DNA of 52,880 bases from a virus (taxonomy: Duplodnaviria > Caudoviricetes): positions 1 through 52,880 of IMG/VR virus record IMGVR_UViG_3300020042_001345; one strand, 5' to 3'. Below the pieces are notes generated by a model, which did not search any database, had not been told where the DNA came from, and worked only from the letters and a program-made list of their open reading frames with translations. The position numbers and the translations under genes were made by a program. This document shows, piece by piece, positions 17,858 to 27,543 of the stretch. How positions within the stretch are numbered: position 1 is the first letter of the stretch; each line of letters starts with the position of its first letter.

Positions 17858-19561
17858 TTAATAGTTTAGTTTAAGAATAACTACGCCTGAGCCGCCTGCG
17901 CCTCCATTATTGTTTGGGTCTGCTGATGCGCCACCACCACCACCGCCTGTATTAGCTGCGCCAGCGGAACCTGATTTTGTTGTGCTATTAAATACACCAG
18001 CATTTCCTCCACCACCCGAACCGCCAGCACCACCACCAGACGAAGGAGTGCCACTACCAGTAAAAATACAGCCGCCACCGCCACCAGCATACATTACAGA
18101 TTGACCAGAAATAGCTGAAGAAAAACCATCGCCGCCATTTCCACCTACAAGAGAAGTTCCACTAACTCCAACAGCACTAGCACCACCACCGCCACCCGCT
18201 CCATAATTGGGTGTACTTGTTGACCCAGACCCACCGTTATTACCTTGTGATGGTGACACTGCTGGAGTATTACCTAAACCAATTGGGCCAGCGCCACCGC
18301 CAGAGCCTTTTCCACCACCGCCAGAGCCACCATTACCAGCATCAGTTGCAGGAGAAGCTGTTCCACCAGAACCGCGACCGCCGCCATCTGCTGTTATGGT
18401 ATAAAAAGTTGATGGGCCACCATTAGCCGTAGTTGCTCCCCCACCATCAACAGTAATTGTTGACGTATTTCCAGACGTTACCGCATAAGCAGTACCTGTT
18501 CTAAAACCGCCTGCGCCACCTCCACCACCACACCAGTTTGAAGTAAAAGCTGCACCGCCACCACCACCGCCACCAACAACCAAGTAATCCACGCTAACAA
18601 CACCAGCAGGTATCGTATATGACTGTGTAGATGTAAAGGTAACAGAGCTAATAACAGGGGCTACGTATTTGATGATGACTATACCGCTGCCGCCTGCGCC
18701 GCCAAGACCGTTACTTTCTCTTCCGCCACCGCCACCACTACCAGTATTTACCGTTCCGGCAGTACCATTTGCTGTTGCAGAACCACCGCCAGTTCCACCA
18801 ATTCCAGACCCGCCAGCACCGCCACTACCTGCTGGAGAGCGGCTATCTGCGCCGCCACCTCCGCCACCAGCGTAAGTTACAGATGGGCCTGTAATTGTTG
18901 ATGTTTGTCCAGCGCCGCCTGCGCCGCCACTATTGCCACTATCGGGATTACCAACTGCTGATGCGCCGCCACCTCCACCTGCACCTCCAGCACTGCTACT
19001 ACCGCCAGCAAAACCCTGCACAGCATTAGAATCAGGAGGGCTTGATGAAGCAGGAGTATTTCCAACGCCACCAGTTCTAGGAGCGACACTCCCTGAACCA
19101 CCACCAGAACCACCAGCAGTAGGAATAGTTAAATAATTTCCTCCGCGTCCACCACCAGCAGAACTAATAGTAGAAAAAACAGAATTAACCCCAATTGTGC
19201 CAACAGCGCCGCCAGCAGTAGTACCACTTCCACCAGCACCAACGGCAATAGCGTATGTAGTGCCCGGAACAACAGTAAATGCAGTGCCCGTCCTAAACCC
19301 ACCCGCACCGCCCCCGCCAGCTATATCAGAAGAACCTCCACCTCCACCAGCAACTACTAAGTAATCCACCTGCGTAACACCAGCAGGTGCAGTCCAGTAG
19401 CCAGAAGCAGTAAAGCTCTGTGAGACAGTCGAGCCGATACCGGGCCACACGCCTGATTTAATAGCTTGCAAGGCTTGATTTAGCGTCCAGATACCTGACG
19501 CTTGCGTGGTTGATATTGTTACCGGAGCCTTGGTGATAATCCGACCGGGATAATTACTCAT
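17858..19561 (-). CDS. Glycine-rich tail fibre/receptor-binding protein with two Gly-rich modules
   Basis: Two modules, each VDYLVV(A/G)GGGGG...GGGGAGGFRTG...GSG(I/V)VI.K. Confidence 0.75.
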   Translation of the reverse strand: MSNYPGRIITKAPVTISTTQASGIWTLNQALQAIKSGVWPGIGSTVSQSFTASGYWTAPAGVTQVDYLVVAGGGGGSSDIAGGGGAGGFRTGTAFTVVPGTTYAIAVGAGGSGTTAGGAVGTIGVNSVFSTISSAGGGRGGNYLTIPTAGGSGGGSGSVAPRTGGVGNTPASSSPPDSNAVQGFAGGSSSAGGAGGGGGASAVGNPDSGNSGGAGGAGQTSTITGPSVTYAGGGGGGADSRSPAGSGGAGGSGIGGTGGGSATANGTAGTVNTGSGGGGGRESNGLGGAGGSGIVIIKYVAPVISSVTFTSTQSYTIPAGVVSVDYLVVGGGGGGGAAFTSNWCGGGGGAGGFRTGTAYAVTSGNTSTITVDGGGATTANGGPSTFYTITADGGGRGSGGTASPATDAGNGGSGGGGKGSGGGAGPIGLGNTPAVSPSQGNNGGSGSTSTPNYGAGGGGGASAVGVSGTSLVGGNGGDGFSSAISGQSVMYAGGGGGCIFTGSGTPSSGGGAGGSGGGGNAGVFNSTTKSGSAGAANTGGGGGGASADPNNNGGAGGSGVVILKLNY

Positions 19562-19569
19562 CGTTCACC

Positions 19570-21309
19570 TTAACCATTAAATTTTAGGATAACAATACCG
19601 GAACCACCATTGCCACCAATACCAGCATTACCTGATGGAGAATCTGGGTATGTTCCGCCGCCACCACCAGCACCTAAACCATTAACTCCAGCCGCACCTG
19701 CTGCAAGAGCGCCAGAACCACCTGCACCTCCGCCGCCTGCACCGCCAGCGCCAGCAGTAGCAGTAAATGGGCCAGCCCCACTTCCACCACCTCCGCCACC
19801 GGCATACGTTATAGATGTGCCATATATAGATGATGCTGTACCAGCACCACCAGCACCAGATGCCCCGCCAGCTCCTGCGGTTCCAGCAGAAGTAGCCCCG
19901 CCACCCCCTCCTACTGCATATGGACTACTCCCTGATGAACTTCCACCCGCAGTACCTTGCACAGCATTAGAATCAGGAGGGCTTGATGAGGCAGGAGTAT
20001 TGCCAGCTCCACCGGGTTGTCCCCCTCCTGAGTGTCCACCTCCACCACCCGAACCGCCAGCAACTCCAGCCTGTTGAGCGCCGCCTACAGCAATACCTCC
20101 ACCACCCCCGCCGCCAGCAGATGTAATTGAACTAAAGGTAGAATTCCCACCACTTACGCCAGCAGCTAAACTTCCTGAAGCACCAGCGCCACCTGCACCA
20201 ACAGCAATAGTGTATGTAGCGCCAGCAGTAACAGCTAGTGAAGTACCTGTTCTAAAACCACCAGCACCACCTCCGCCACCACTTCTAGCGCCACCACCGC
20301 CACCAGCAACAACTAAGTAATCAACGCTGTTAATGCCGTTAGGTATTTGAAATGTGGTTGTAGAAGTAAAACGAAGAACATTGCCAACAACTCTTGGTAC
20401 TGTGTATCTAAGGATGACTATGCCTGAGCCGCCTGCGCCAGAACTTGACGCTGCGCCATTTGATGCACCACCTCCTCCGCCTGACCCAGTGTTTTGAACC
20501 CCATTTTCACCAACATTAGTTGTGACATTTGAACCATTTCCACCAACACCAGACCCACCAATTCCAGCGGTTCCTGGGCCTGATGCAGTATAAGTACCGC
20601 CGCCACCACCACCAGAATAATAAATTCCAGAACCGGATATAGAAGAAGCAAGTCCTGACCCACCATTTCCTCCAGATGTACCTGTTCCATTGCCACCTGC
20701 TGCACCAGCGCCACCGCCGCCGCCGCCGCCGTAATTTATTGCAGCATCTTTTCCTAAACCTCCATTATTTCCTTGGCTTGGTGTAGTTGCAGGAGTATTA
20801 CCTGCTCCACCAGCAGCATCGCCACGACTTCCTGCGGCTGTACCTCCTCCACCACAACCGCCATCCTTACCAACTACTGAAGCCACTGTGCTTGCAAATC
20901 CCCCACCACCACCACCAGTAGAAGTAATAGATGCTGGCGAACCAATTGAAGAATTAGTGCCGTTATTACTAGTCGTTCCAGCGGCAACAAAAGCTCCACC
21001 TGCGCCAACAGTAATTGTGTATGAATTTCCGGGTGTAACAGCCAACCCAGAGGCAGCAAGAAAACCGCCGCCACCACCACCTCCACCACCTCCCACACCG
21101 GGTCTACCTGCAGCACCAGATGCGCCGCCAGCTACCACCAAATACTCAACTTGCGTAACGCCAACAGGACATACCCACGTATCTGTAAACGTAAATACTT
21201 GAGAGACAGTTGTGCCGTAGAGAGGAAGACTCCCAAGCGTCCAGATGCCAGAAAACCCCGAAGGCGAATTGGCACTTATTATCTGACCGGGATAACCATG
21301 AATTGCCAT
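19570..21309 (-). CDS. Glycine-rich tail fibre/receptor-binding protein, paralog of 17858..19561
   Basis: Same two-module design and a shared YPG.II...SGIWTL N-terminus. Confidence 0.75.
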   Translation of the reverse strand: MAIHGYPGQIISANSPSGFSGIWTLGSLPLYGTTVSQVFTFTDTWVCPVGVTQVEYLVVAGGASGAAGRPGVGGGGGGGGGGFLAASGLAVTPGNSYTITVGAGGAFVAAGTTSNNGTNSSIGSPASITSTGGGGGGFASTVASVVGKDGGCGGGGTAAGSRGDAAGGAGNTPATTPSQGNNGGLGKDAAINYGGGGGGGAGAAGGNGTGTSGGNGGSGLASSISGSGIYYSGGGGGGTYTASGPGTAGIGGSGVGGNGSNVTTNVGENGVQNTGSGGGGGASNGAASSSGAGGSGIVILRYTVPRVVGNVLRFTSTTTFQIPNGINSVDYLVVAGGGGGARSGGGGGAGGFRTGTSLAVTAGATYTIAVGAGGAGASGSLAAGVSGGNSTFSSITSAGGGGGGGIAVGGAQQAGVAGGSGGGGGHSGGGQPGGAGNTPASSSPPDSNAVQGTAGGSSSGSSPYAVGGGGGATSAGTAGAGGASGAGGAGTASSIYGTSITYAGGGGGGSGAGPFTATAGAGGAGGGGAGGSGALAAGAAGVNGLGAGGGGGTYPDSPSGNAGIGGNGGSGIVILKFNG

Positions 21310-21318
21310 AGCAACCCC

Positions 21319-21714
21319 TTAAGTTATATCTTCGTAGCTTATTGAGTAGGTAATCCCACTAGCTGTACCAGACGTTACAGAAATACTTGTGCCTTCTTCT
21401 AAGTAAATCGCTGTAGTTTTATCCGTAACGATTAACGAAGCGTCAGCAGGTACAGATACTGTACTTACGATTGGATACGCAGTACCGCCAGCAGGAGCAG
21501 AGCCTTGAGCAACTGCACCGTTTGTGTAGAGAGACACCGTAGTATCTACAGCAGCGGAACCATTCACGTTAGCAGCAACAATCTGGTTAATTTTAAAAAC
21601 TTTGCCAGACGAAGCCGCATTAGGTAACAGAACCACCGCAGCAGTACCAGATGGGGTGTAGTACGTAGTCTTACCATAAATGGAAGTGACTGCAACAATA
21701 TTGGGGTTTGCCAT
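21319..21714 (-). CDS. Virion structural protein
   Basis: MANPNIV...KVFKINQI...VPADASL...IYLEEG...SYEDI beta-sandwich pattern. AAGGAG RBS. Confidence 0.6.
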   Translation of the reverse strand: MANPNIVAVTSIYGKTTYYTPSGTAAVVLLPNAASSGKVFKINQIVAANVNGSAAVDTTVSLYTNGAVAQGSAPAGGTAYPIVSTVSVPADASLIVTDKTTAIYLEEGTSISVTSGTASGITYSISYEDIT

Positions 21715-21743
21715 AATGGCTCCTTAAAATCCAAAAATAAAAA

Positions 21744-22379
21744 TTAGAAGCCAAAAATCATCGCCATAGCGATAGATTTGCCTGTAGTGATGCCGCCTGA
21801 TGCCGCAGCCCATGTGGGTGCGCTTGCACCATTACTTGTTAATACATATCCTACAGTTCCAGCAGCAGTAAACGCATACGCAGTGCCTGTTCCGTAAGGT
21901 ACAGCGCCAGCGGTAGGGGCTGATGTGCCGTTCGTGCCGCCGTTAGCAATTGGCAAAGTACCAGTCACACCAGTAGTTAATGGTAAGCCAGTGGCGTTAG
22001 TCAAAGTTCCTGATGTGGGCGTACCTAAAATTGGTGTAACTAGCGTAGGAGACGTACTCAAAACAACGTTACCAGAGCCAGTGCTGGATGTAACTCCAGT
22101 ACCGCCGTTAGCTACAGCTAAGGTGCCTGCAACAGTTACTACGCCTGTAGTGGCTGTACTAGGCGTTAACCCAGTGGTGCCAAACGAAATAGAATTAACA
22201 TTGGTAACCGCAGCTTTAGTAGCAATTATCTGAACAGCGCCAGCATTGTCCTTGTAATACAGCTTGCCATCAATAATATTGATAGCCAATTCGCCATTGA
22301 CAAGGTTTCCTGCCGTTGGGGCAGCAGATGCCGTTGTGCTGTAATAAAGTGAAATTGGCGTGTAGGTTGCTTGTGCCAT
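21744..22379 (-). CDS. Tail fibre component (Mtd N-terminal-like anchor)
   Basis: P...L.NGELAIN..DGKLYYKD, L(A/P)(V/I)ANGGT repeats, GYVLTSNG, and C-terminal AMAMIFGF. Confidence 0.65.
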   Translation of the reverse strand: MAQATYTPISLYYSTTASAAPTAGNLVNGELAINIIDGKLYYKDNAGAVQIIATKAAVTNVNSISFGTTGLTPSTATTGVVTVAGTLAVANGGTGVTSSTGSGNVVLSTSPTLVTPILGTPTSGTLTNATGLPLTTGVTGTLPIANGGTNGTSAPTAGAVPYGTGTAYAFTAAGTVGYVLTSNGASAPTWAAASGGITTGKSIAMAMIFGF

Positions 22380-22389
22380 AATTTATTCC

Positions 22390-22860
22390 TTAAAAAGTCC
22401 CGCCAGTAATGTAATTCCATGCTGGCACAGATGCTCCTGCAATCAATACCTGCCCCTGTGTGCCATTAGAGATACTTGATACTGCAACCGTGCCGACAAT
22501 AGTTTTTAGACTGCCAGTAGTGTCATACGCCCCATCTGTCGTCCAAGTATCTCCAACTTGCAACGTAACTTTAACGATTGTTCTTAGCGTACTGTTGTTG
22601 TTATAGCTAACAGTTAGTGTAACAGCCGCAGTATCTCTATTTTCTATAGTGATAGTCTTAACAGTCCTGCGCGTAGAAGCAGCAGGAGCAGCAACTAAAG
22701 TAACTGACGAAGTACCATTTAAAGCGCCATCGTTAGCGCCTTCTGTAAAAGTCGTGCCATTATTATCGGCGTAAGCAGACGTAAAATCAGGGTTGGTTGT
22801 AGCCGCAGCCCCTGACATAGCTACTACAATTGATTTTGTGATTGCGTCAAGGATTAACAT
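22390..22860 (-). CDS. Virion structural protein
   Basis: Thr-rich beta protein ending GGTF. ATG at 22860 has AGGA upstream and avoids overlap with the upstream gene. Confidence 0.55.
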   Translation of the reverse strand: MLILDAITKSIVVAMSGAAATTNPDFTSAYADNNGTTFTEGANDGALNGTSSVTLVAAPAASTRRTVKTITIENRDTAAVTLTVSYNNNSTLRTIVKVTLQVGDTWTTDGAYDTTGSLKTIVGTVAVSSISNGTQGQVLIAGASVPAWNYITGGTF

Positions 22861-22868
22861 ATTTTTTC

Positions 22869-24731
22869 CTAAGAAATAAACCAAGCGAACGCATTAGCCT
22901 GAGATGATGAGCCGCCACCTGATGCCTGCCATGCTGCTGTGGTTCCATTAGATGTTAAAACATACCCATTAGAACCAATCCCAAGCCTTGTGGCGCTATT
23001 TGTTCCATTCCCTATTATAATGTCGCCAGTAGTAGTGATGGGAGACAAAGCGTTGAACGCGGTCGCCGCTGTAGTCTGGCCTGTACCGCCTTGCGCTATT
23101 GTTACAGCCGTACCTACATCAAGCATCCTGACCCACGAACTACTGTGAGCAAAGTACATTGCTCCGTCGGCATGGCTGTGAGCCAAAGCTCCGTGATAAG
23201 TAGCTGCAGACGGAAAAGCCGCTTGATTGGCATAGTAAAACGGAATAACCGACCCAACTTGTGGAGCAGTAATCGCACCAGTGTCAGAGACTGTGACCAG
23301 ACTATTTTGTACAAGTTTTCCAGTGGTGTTGTCAAACCTTGTAATTGCATTGTCCGTAGCAGAGGCTGGGCCAACTACATCGCCAGCGCCAGAACCTGAT
23401 GAATTAATTGTTTGGTTAGGCCAAGTTCCTGAAACAGTAATGTTAGTGCCAGCAACTATTGAAGGGGTGGCTGTTCCCGTTCCACCGCTGGCAACGGCTA
23501 ATGTACCTGCAAGAGTAATAGTCCCGCTTGATGTGATTGGGCCACCAGATGTTGTTAATCCAGTTGTGCCACCAGATACTGCAACGCTAGTGACAGTTCC
23601 TGCACCAGAGCCGTTTGCCGCCGATGTAAGTCGCCCTTGGGCATCTACAGTAATGTTTGCTGCAGTGTATGAGCCTGCAACCACTGCCGTATTAGCAAGA
23701 GAGATAGTACCTGTGGAAGTGATTGGGCCACCCGTAAGACCAGTCCCTGTAGCCACGGAGGTAACGCCAGAGCCACCCGTACTAAGAGTTGTCCAAGCGC
23801 CGTTGATGTAGCCCTCAAGCAAGCCAATGGTTGTGTTGTAGCGAATAGTTCCATTGGTGGTTGCGCCCCTTTGCCCAGTGGTTCCTGCGGGGATAACAAC
23901 GCCTCCAGTACCGGGGATTGTTGGGTCGCTAGTAATTGAAATAGTAGGAGTGGTAGTGCTATTAACAACCGTTATTTGGTTTGCAGTGCCTATTACATTA
24001 GTAACAGAGCCACCCCCAGAACCAAAAGTTGCCCAACCACCGTTTTGATAAAACTCAAAATTTGCATTGTCTGTGTTGTAGCGAATTACACCATTAACAC
24101 TTAATCTTTGGGCTGACGTTCCAGAAGGAACTTGAGTACCGCCAGTACCGGGAATTATTGGATTGCTAGAAATTCCAATCGTTGGAGACCCACTTACCGC
24201 ATTCCCATTAGTAACCGCAATTTCATTTGTTGTTCCAAGAATTGACGTTGCCGAAACGCCGCCAGCAGTCGTAATAGTCACCAAGCCATTTGCGCTAACA
24301 TTCGCAAAGTTTAAAACTTGACCAGACAAAGCAATAGCTGGATTACCAGAAATGCCATCGCCATTAGTAATTGATAGCCCATTACTAGTAACCGTTATAG
24401 TACGGTTTGTAATGGCTGTAGAAGACGTTTTTACCTGAAAGCCAGTACCAGAGTTCACCAAGGACAATAAAGCTCCTGTAGTGCTTATATTAAAAAGTCC
24501 TTGAGCGCCGCCATCGGTAATTGCTAAACCATTTGTTACGCCTACATACCGACTATTTGCCAGTTGAGGTGTTTGTGTAACCGTCAAATAGCTATAAGTT
24601 TGAACAGGTGAACCAGCAAGCGCCGCAGTCGTAGTTTGTACTGTTACCCCGTTTTGGACAATAGGAACCGCCTCAGTGCCTGTAATAGCACCAGCGGCTG
24701 GAAGCTGAGTAATCGTGACTTGTGCTGACAT
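22869..24731 (-). CDS. Tail fibre protein
   Basis: ITQLPAA N-terminus, two IPGTGG..PxGT.QR...G.IRYNT repeats, GTGLTGGPITSTGTI repeats. Confidence 0.75.
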   Translation of the reverse strand: MSAQVTITQLPAAGAITGTEAVPIVQNGVTVQTTTAALAGSPVQTYSYLTVTQTPQLANSRYVGVTNGLAITDGGAQGLFNISTTGALLSLVNSGTGFQVKTSSTAITNRTITVTSNGLSITNGDGISGNPAIALSGQVLNFANVSANGLVTITTAGGVSATSILGTTNEIAVTNGNAVSGSPTIGISSNPIIPGTGGTQVPSGTSAQRLSVNGVIRYNTDNANFEFYQNGGWATFGSGGGSVTNVIGTANQITVVNSTTTPTISITSDPTIPGTGGVVIPAGTTGQRGATTNGTIRYNTTIGLLEGYINGAWTTLSTGGSGVTSVATGTGLTGGPITSTGTISLANTAVVAGSYTAANITVDAQGRLTSAANGSGAGTVTSVAVSGGTTGLTTSGGPITSSGTITLAGTLAVASGGTGTATPSIVAGTNITVSGTWPNQTINSSGSGAGDVVGPASATDNAITRFDNTTGKLVQNSLVTVSDTGAITAPQVGSVIPFYYANQAAFPSAATYHGALAHSHADGAMYFAHSSSWVRMLDVGTAVTIAQGGTGQTTAATAFNALSPITTTGDIIIGNGTNSATRLGIGSNGYVLTSNGTTAAWQASGGGSSSQANAFAWFIS

Positions 24732-25091
24732 TTATGTACTCGTATTGTCTGGAGGGTTCGGTGCAATTGTGTCCTTGTTCCCTGTATTAGTAGGAGTTTG
24801 AGTATTTTGTTCGGTCGAAATTTGGAACTGGCTTGTCCCACCAGTCATTAAGAAATTATCGTTAGCCGCAACACTCACATCAGGACGTGCAAACCGAAGG
24901 TTAATCCTTTCGGTTTTTCGCGCCGCCAAGCGGTATGGGTCAAGGGTGTCCCAACATCCATCTCCACAGACACGAAGGCCGGGGGAATTACCATCAGGTC
25001 TCAGATTCACATACGGTTTCTTCATCTTGCATCTATCGCATACCGCGATAGCAAGTGAAGTCAATCCCGTTGTGTCTAAGAAAATAGGCAT
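24732..25091 (-). CDS. Hypothetical virion-module protein with putative Zn-binding Cys motifs
   Basis: AVCDRC...LRVCGDGCWD. Confidence 0.55.
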   Translation of the reverse strand: MPIFLDTTGLTSLAIAVCDRCKMKKPYVNLRPDGNSPGLRVCGDGCWDTLDPYRLAARKTERINLRFARPDVSVAANDNFLMTGGTSQFQISTEQNTQTPTNTGNKDTIAPNPPDNTST

Positions 25092-25094
25092 CTA

Positions 25095-26165
25095 TTACCT
25101 TGTATAGACGGAAATGTTAGGGGCAAAATAAATCGGCGACTTGTCGCGCTCTTCCTGCTCCGCTTCGTACAAATACTTTTCAGCCATCTTTTCTAGATAG
25201 CCAACCCTATCCATTGGAACTTGAGGCATCTCAAGGCTCATACGGTGAGCCAGCATGAACACTACAGCCTCATACCAACGCTGAGGAATTTGTAATTCGT
25301 TAGTCAAAGAACCTACATCCATGATTTGGGTGGAATACCACACCGTCATTTGCACGAAGGCATTGCTAGGGGTAGGCCATAAATAAAGCGTAGGGTTTGG
25401 AATAGTGCGGTCAAACCAAAATTGAAATGGTTGGTTTGCTGTGAAATTCTTGTTTGGCAGGTTGGTGTAGTCATCGCGGTTCAAACGCGACATCATCACT
25501 TCAGTGCTGTTATTACCGATATACCACTCGCGCAGGGCAAGAGTAGTGCCTCCAGAGGCAACAATGCGGTAAAAGGGAACACTTTGCCCCGGGTCAATAT
25601 CTGTCCACACCCATGTATTGTCGGTTACAGCAATCGCCCCAAGGTTTTGCAACGTGGTGTACGTCACCCCATCAGACGAGTATTGAAGCGCAATATTCCA
25701 CGTCGCCGACCCACCACCAGAAATGTAGGGCAGGAACCCAATAGAACCCGCATAAATTGGGTTTGTCGTGCCGTAATTGACCGTAAAGTTGCCGTTTGCC
25801 GAAGCCTGCTGAGTAAAGGTATCAACGTCGCCATCGTAAAGATTTGCAACAGTTCCGCCAGCAGAAGAGGTATACGCCCCATCAGGGCGGTTCAATGTAC
25901 GATATAGCACGTTTAGCGTGTCTACAGCGCCATCAGGCAGGGTATAGCGGTATTTGTTAGGGGTCAGACCAATGACCTCCTTGCTGATGCACCAGTATTG
26001 AATGCCGCGGTTGATGAGGTTAGAAAGAAGAAACCCAAGGGACTGACGAGCAGACAAAACTTGCTCAGAAGTCAGCTCTTCAGCTAACTTTCCGCACCGA
26101 CGAGCGCCGTGGTCAATCAAAGTTTGCACATTAACTGTTTGACCGTAGGTGTCCGAGTACGCCAT
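25095..26165 (-). CDS. Head-tail connector/adaptor protein with inserted beta-sandwich
   Basis: ARQSL..L..L.NRG...W N-terminus and Y..LPNK...QP.QFWFDR...LWPTP...IPQRWYEA C-terminus. Central discoidin-like insert (LQYSSDG.T.T, FYRIV). Confidence 0.6.
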   Translation of the reverse strand: MAYSDTYGQTVNVQTLIDHGARRCGKLAEELTSEQVLSARQSLGFLLSNLINRGIQYWCISKEVIGLTPNKYRYTLPDGAVDTLNVLYRTLNRPDGAYTSSAGGTVANLYDGDVDTFTQQASANGNFTVNYGTTNPIYAGSIGFLPYISGGGSATWNIALQYSSDGVTYTTLQNLGAIAVTDNTWVWTDIDPGQSVPFYRIVASGGTTLALREWYIGNNSTEVMMSRLNRDDYTNLPNKNFTANQPFQFWFDRTIPNPTLYLWPTPSNAFVQMTVWYSTQIMDVGSLTNELQIPQRWYEAVVFMLAHRMSLEMPQVPMDRVGYLEKMAEKYLYEAEQEERDKSPIYFAPNISVYTR

Positions 26166-26173
26166 TTTTTAAC

Positions 26174-26488
26174 CTACCATCTTGGTGAAGATTTGTTTTT
26201 TGACGAAGTATTAACTTTGCAATCATTAAGATTGATTGCGCCGCCTTTGGCTTTTCCCGAAGCCGCTTTTTTTTGAGCGGCTCTTTCCATAGCCCTCTTT
26301 CTCATTGCATTAGCCATGTCATCCATCTCTATTGCTTCGGGAGACCTATTGTCTATTTGAGCTTGTTTGATGGCATCCATTTCTTCGCCAGTAACGGTGA
26401 CGCCGTTAGAGTTATAAATAGTTCCCGGCTTATCGTCAGCCGACCGACTTTTCATAAACTGGTCATACTTAGACGTACTATCCGCCAT
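26174..26488 (-). CDS. Hypothetical basic protein
   Basis: GGAG RBS before ATG 26488. Contains KAKGG and ends SSPRW. Confidence 0.6.
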   Translation of the reverse strand: MADSTSKYDQFMKSRSADDKPGTIYNSNGVTVTGEEMDAIKQAQIDNRSPEAIEMDDMANAMRKRAMERAAQKKAASGKAKGGAINLNDCKVNTSSKNKSSPRW

Positions 26489-26499
26489 AATTTTCTCCA

Positions 26500-26883
26500 T
26501 TACCAGCCGGGACATTTCCACCGTTTTAGCGATGCTTTAGCCCTTGGAGCATCACCACTTGCATGTTCAACCACTCCTGACATTCTCGCGCAAAAACTGT
26601 CTTTACGCGACCCTCCTTGTGGTTGCGGAGCCTTTAAATTACTACCTGTTTCTTTGTTGTACTTAGCTCGACCTTTTGCAGTCAAACCAGCGCCTTGCTC
26701 AACTGATAGTTTCTCACCGCGACCAACGGCAAGACTTGGCCCACCTTCTTTAAACTTTTTCCCCTTATCAGCTTTAGCAAACTCTTTGCCGACTTTTTGA
26801 GGGATTCCAACTTTTTTGGCAAACGCAGGATTGTGCGCAACCGCTTGCATCAAATTGTGTTGGGAAGATGATTTGCTAGGCAT
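26500..26883 (-). CDS. Basic two-domain protein (C-terminal part DUF6321-like)
   Basis: MPSKS..QHNLM.AVAHNP.FAKKVGIP domain joined by FKEGG to GLTAKGRAKYN...RKDSFCARM...SLKRWKC. Confidence 0.6.
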   Translation of the reverse strand: MPSKSSSQHNLMQAVAHNPAFAKKVGIPQKVGKEFAKADKGKKFKEGGPSLAVGRGEKLSVEQGAGLTAKGRAKYNKETGSNLKAPQPQGGSRKDSFCARMSGVVEHASGDAPRAKASLKRWKCPGW

Positions 26884-26885
26884 AG

Positions 26886-27095
26886 TTACCAACAAGATTT
26901 TTTAGCAGCACCGCCAGTTTTTTTCTTGGCAGTTTTTGCAGACTCTACAAAGTCTTGTTTTGTTGGCGCACCCTTGCTACCAGTTTTGCGCATCTTTTCG
27001 CCAGAGCCTTCAGCAATTCTCTCGCGTTTTGCATTAATATTTGCATACAATCCGCCTCCTTTAAATTTACTTTTGGTAGGTGATTTGCTTGGCAT
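26886..27095 (-). CDS. Small basic hypothetical protein
   Basis: GLYANINAKRERI..GSGEKMRK.GSKGAPT, flanked by FKGGG and KKTGG. Confidence 0.65.
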   Translation of the reverse strand: MPSKSPTKSKFKGGGLYANINAKRERIAEGSGEKMRKTGSKGAPTKQDFVESAKTAKKKTGGAAKKSCW

Positions 27096-27499
27096 TATGC
27101 GTACCCCTTAGTCATTTCTAAGATGCACCAGTAAGTGTCACCAGAAGATGCGTCAGCCGTACTAAACACAATGTCACCAGTGACACCTGCACCGCCGTTG
27201 TTAGTAATACCACCAAAACCGTTCATATCTAGCGTCTGAGTAGCACCGGGCGAGGACAGGTAAAACGGCACATCCGTTGCAGCGTCCCAAAGCATTCTGA
27301 CTTCCATGCCGTGACTAGCAATGTAAATTTTGGTGACCGTTACTCTGGTGCAAGTTTGACCAGAGGCGCTTGGGTTTAACGCAGAAACATCCACTTTTAA
27401 AACAGCAGTTTCACCAGTGCCATCACTGATGTTTGTAAATTTCATGATAGCCGTGCGCTCGTTATCAAAAAGCGTTTGACTTGTGACTGCATCAGCCAT
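27095..27499 (-). CDS. Putative virion structural protein
   Basis: MADAVTSQT..D.ER.AIMKFTNISDGTGE.AV.KVDVSAL. GGAGAG RBS before ATG 27499. Confidence 0.6.
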   Translation of the reverse strand: MADAVTSQTLFDNERTAIMKFTNISDGTGETAVLKVDVSALNPSASGQTCTRVTVTKIYIASHGMEVRMLWDAATDVPFYLSSPGATQTLDMNGFGGITNNGGAGVTGDIVFSTADASSGDTYWCILEMTKGYA

Positions 27500-27516
27500 A
27501 TTTCTCTCCAATTAGA

Positions 27517-27538
27517 GGTGGGAGCCGAAGCCCCCACC
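27517..27538 (-). terminator. Stable cUUCGg hairpin (weak terminator or mRNA stabiliser)
   Basis: GGTGGGGGC-TTCG-GCTCCCACC between two genes. The U-tract is poor. Confidence 0.55.
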
Positions 27539-27543
27539 CATAC

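Noticed and set aside
17858-21309. Collagen repeats, or a diversity-generating retroelement TR/VR pair
   Set aside because: The Gly runs are not Gly-X-Y. No reverse transcriptase is present, and the 44-nt repeat has only one mismatch.
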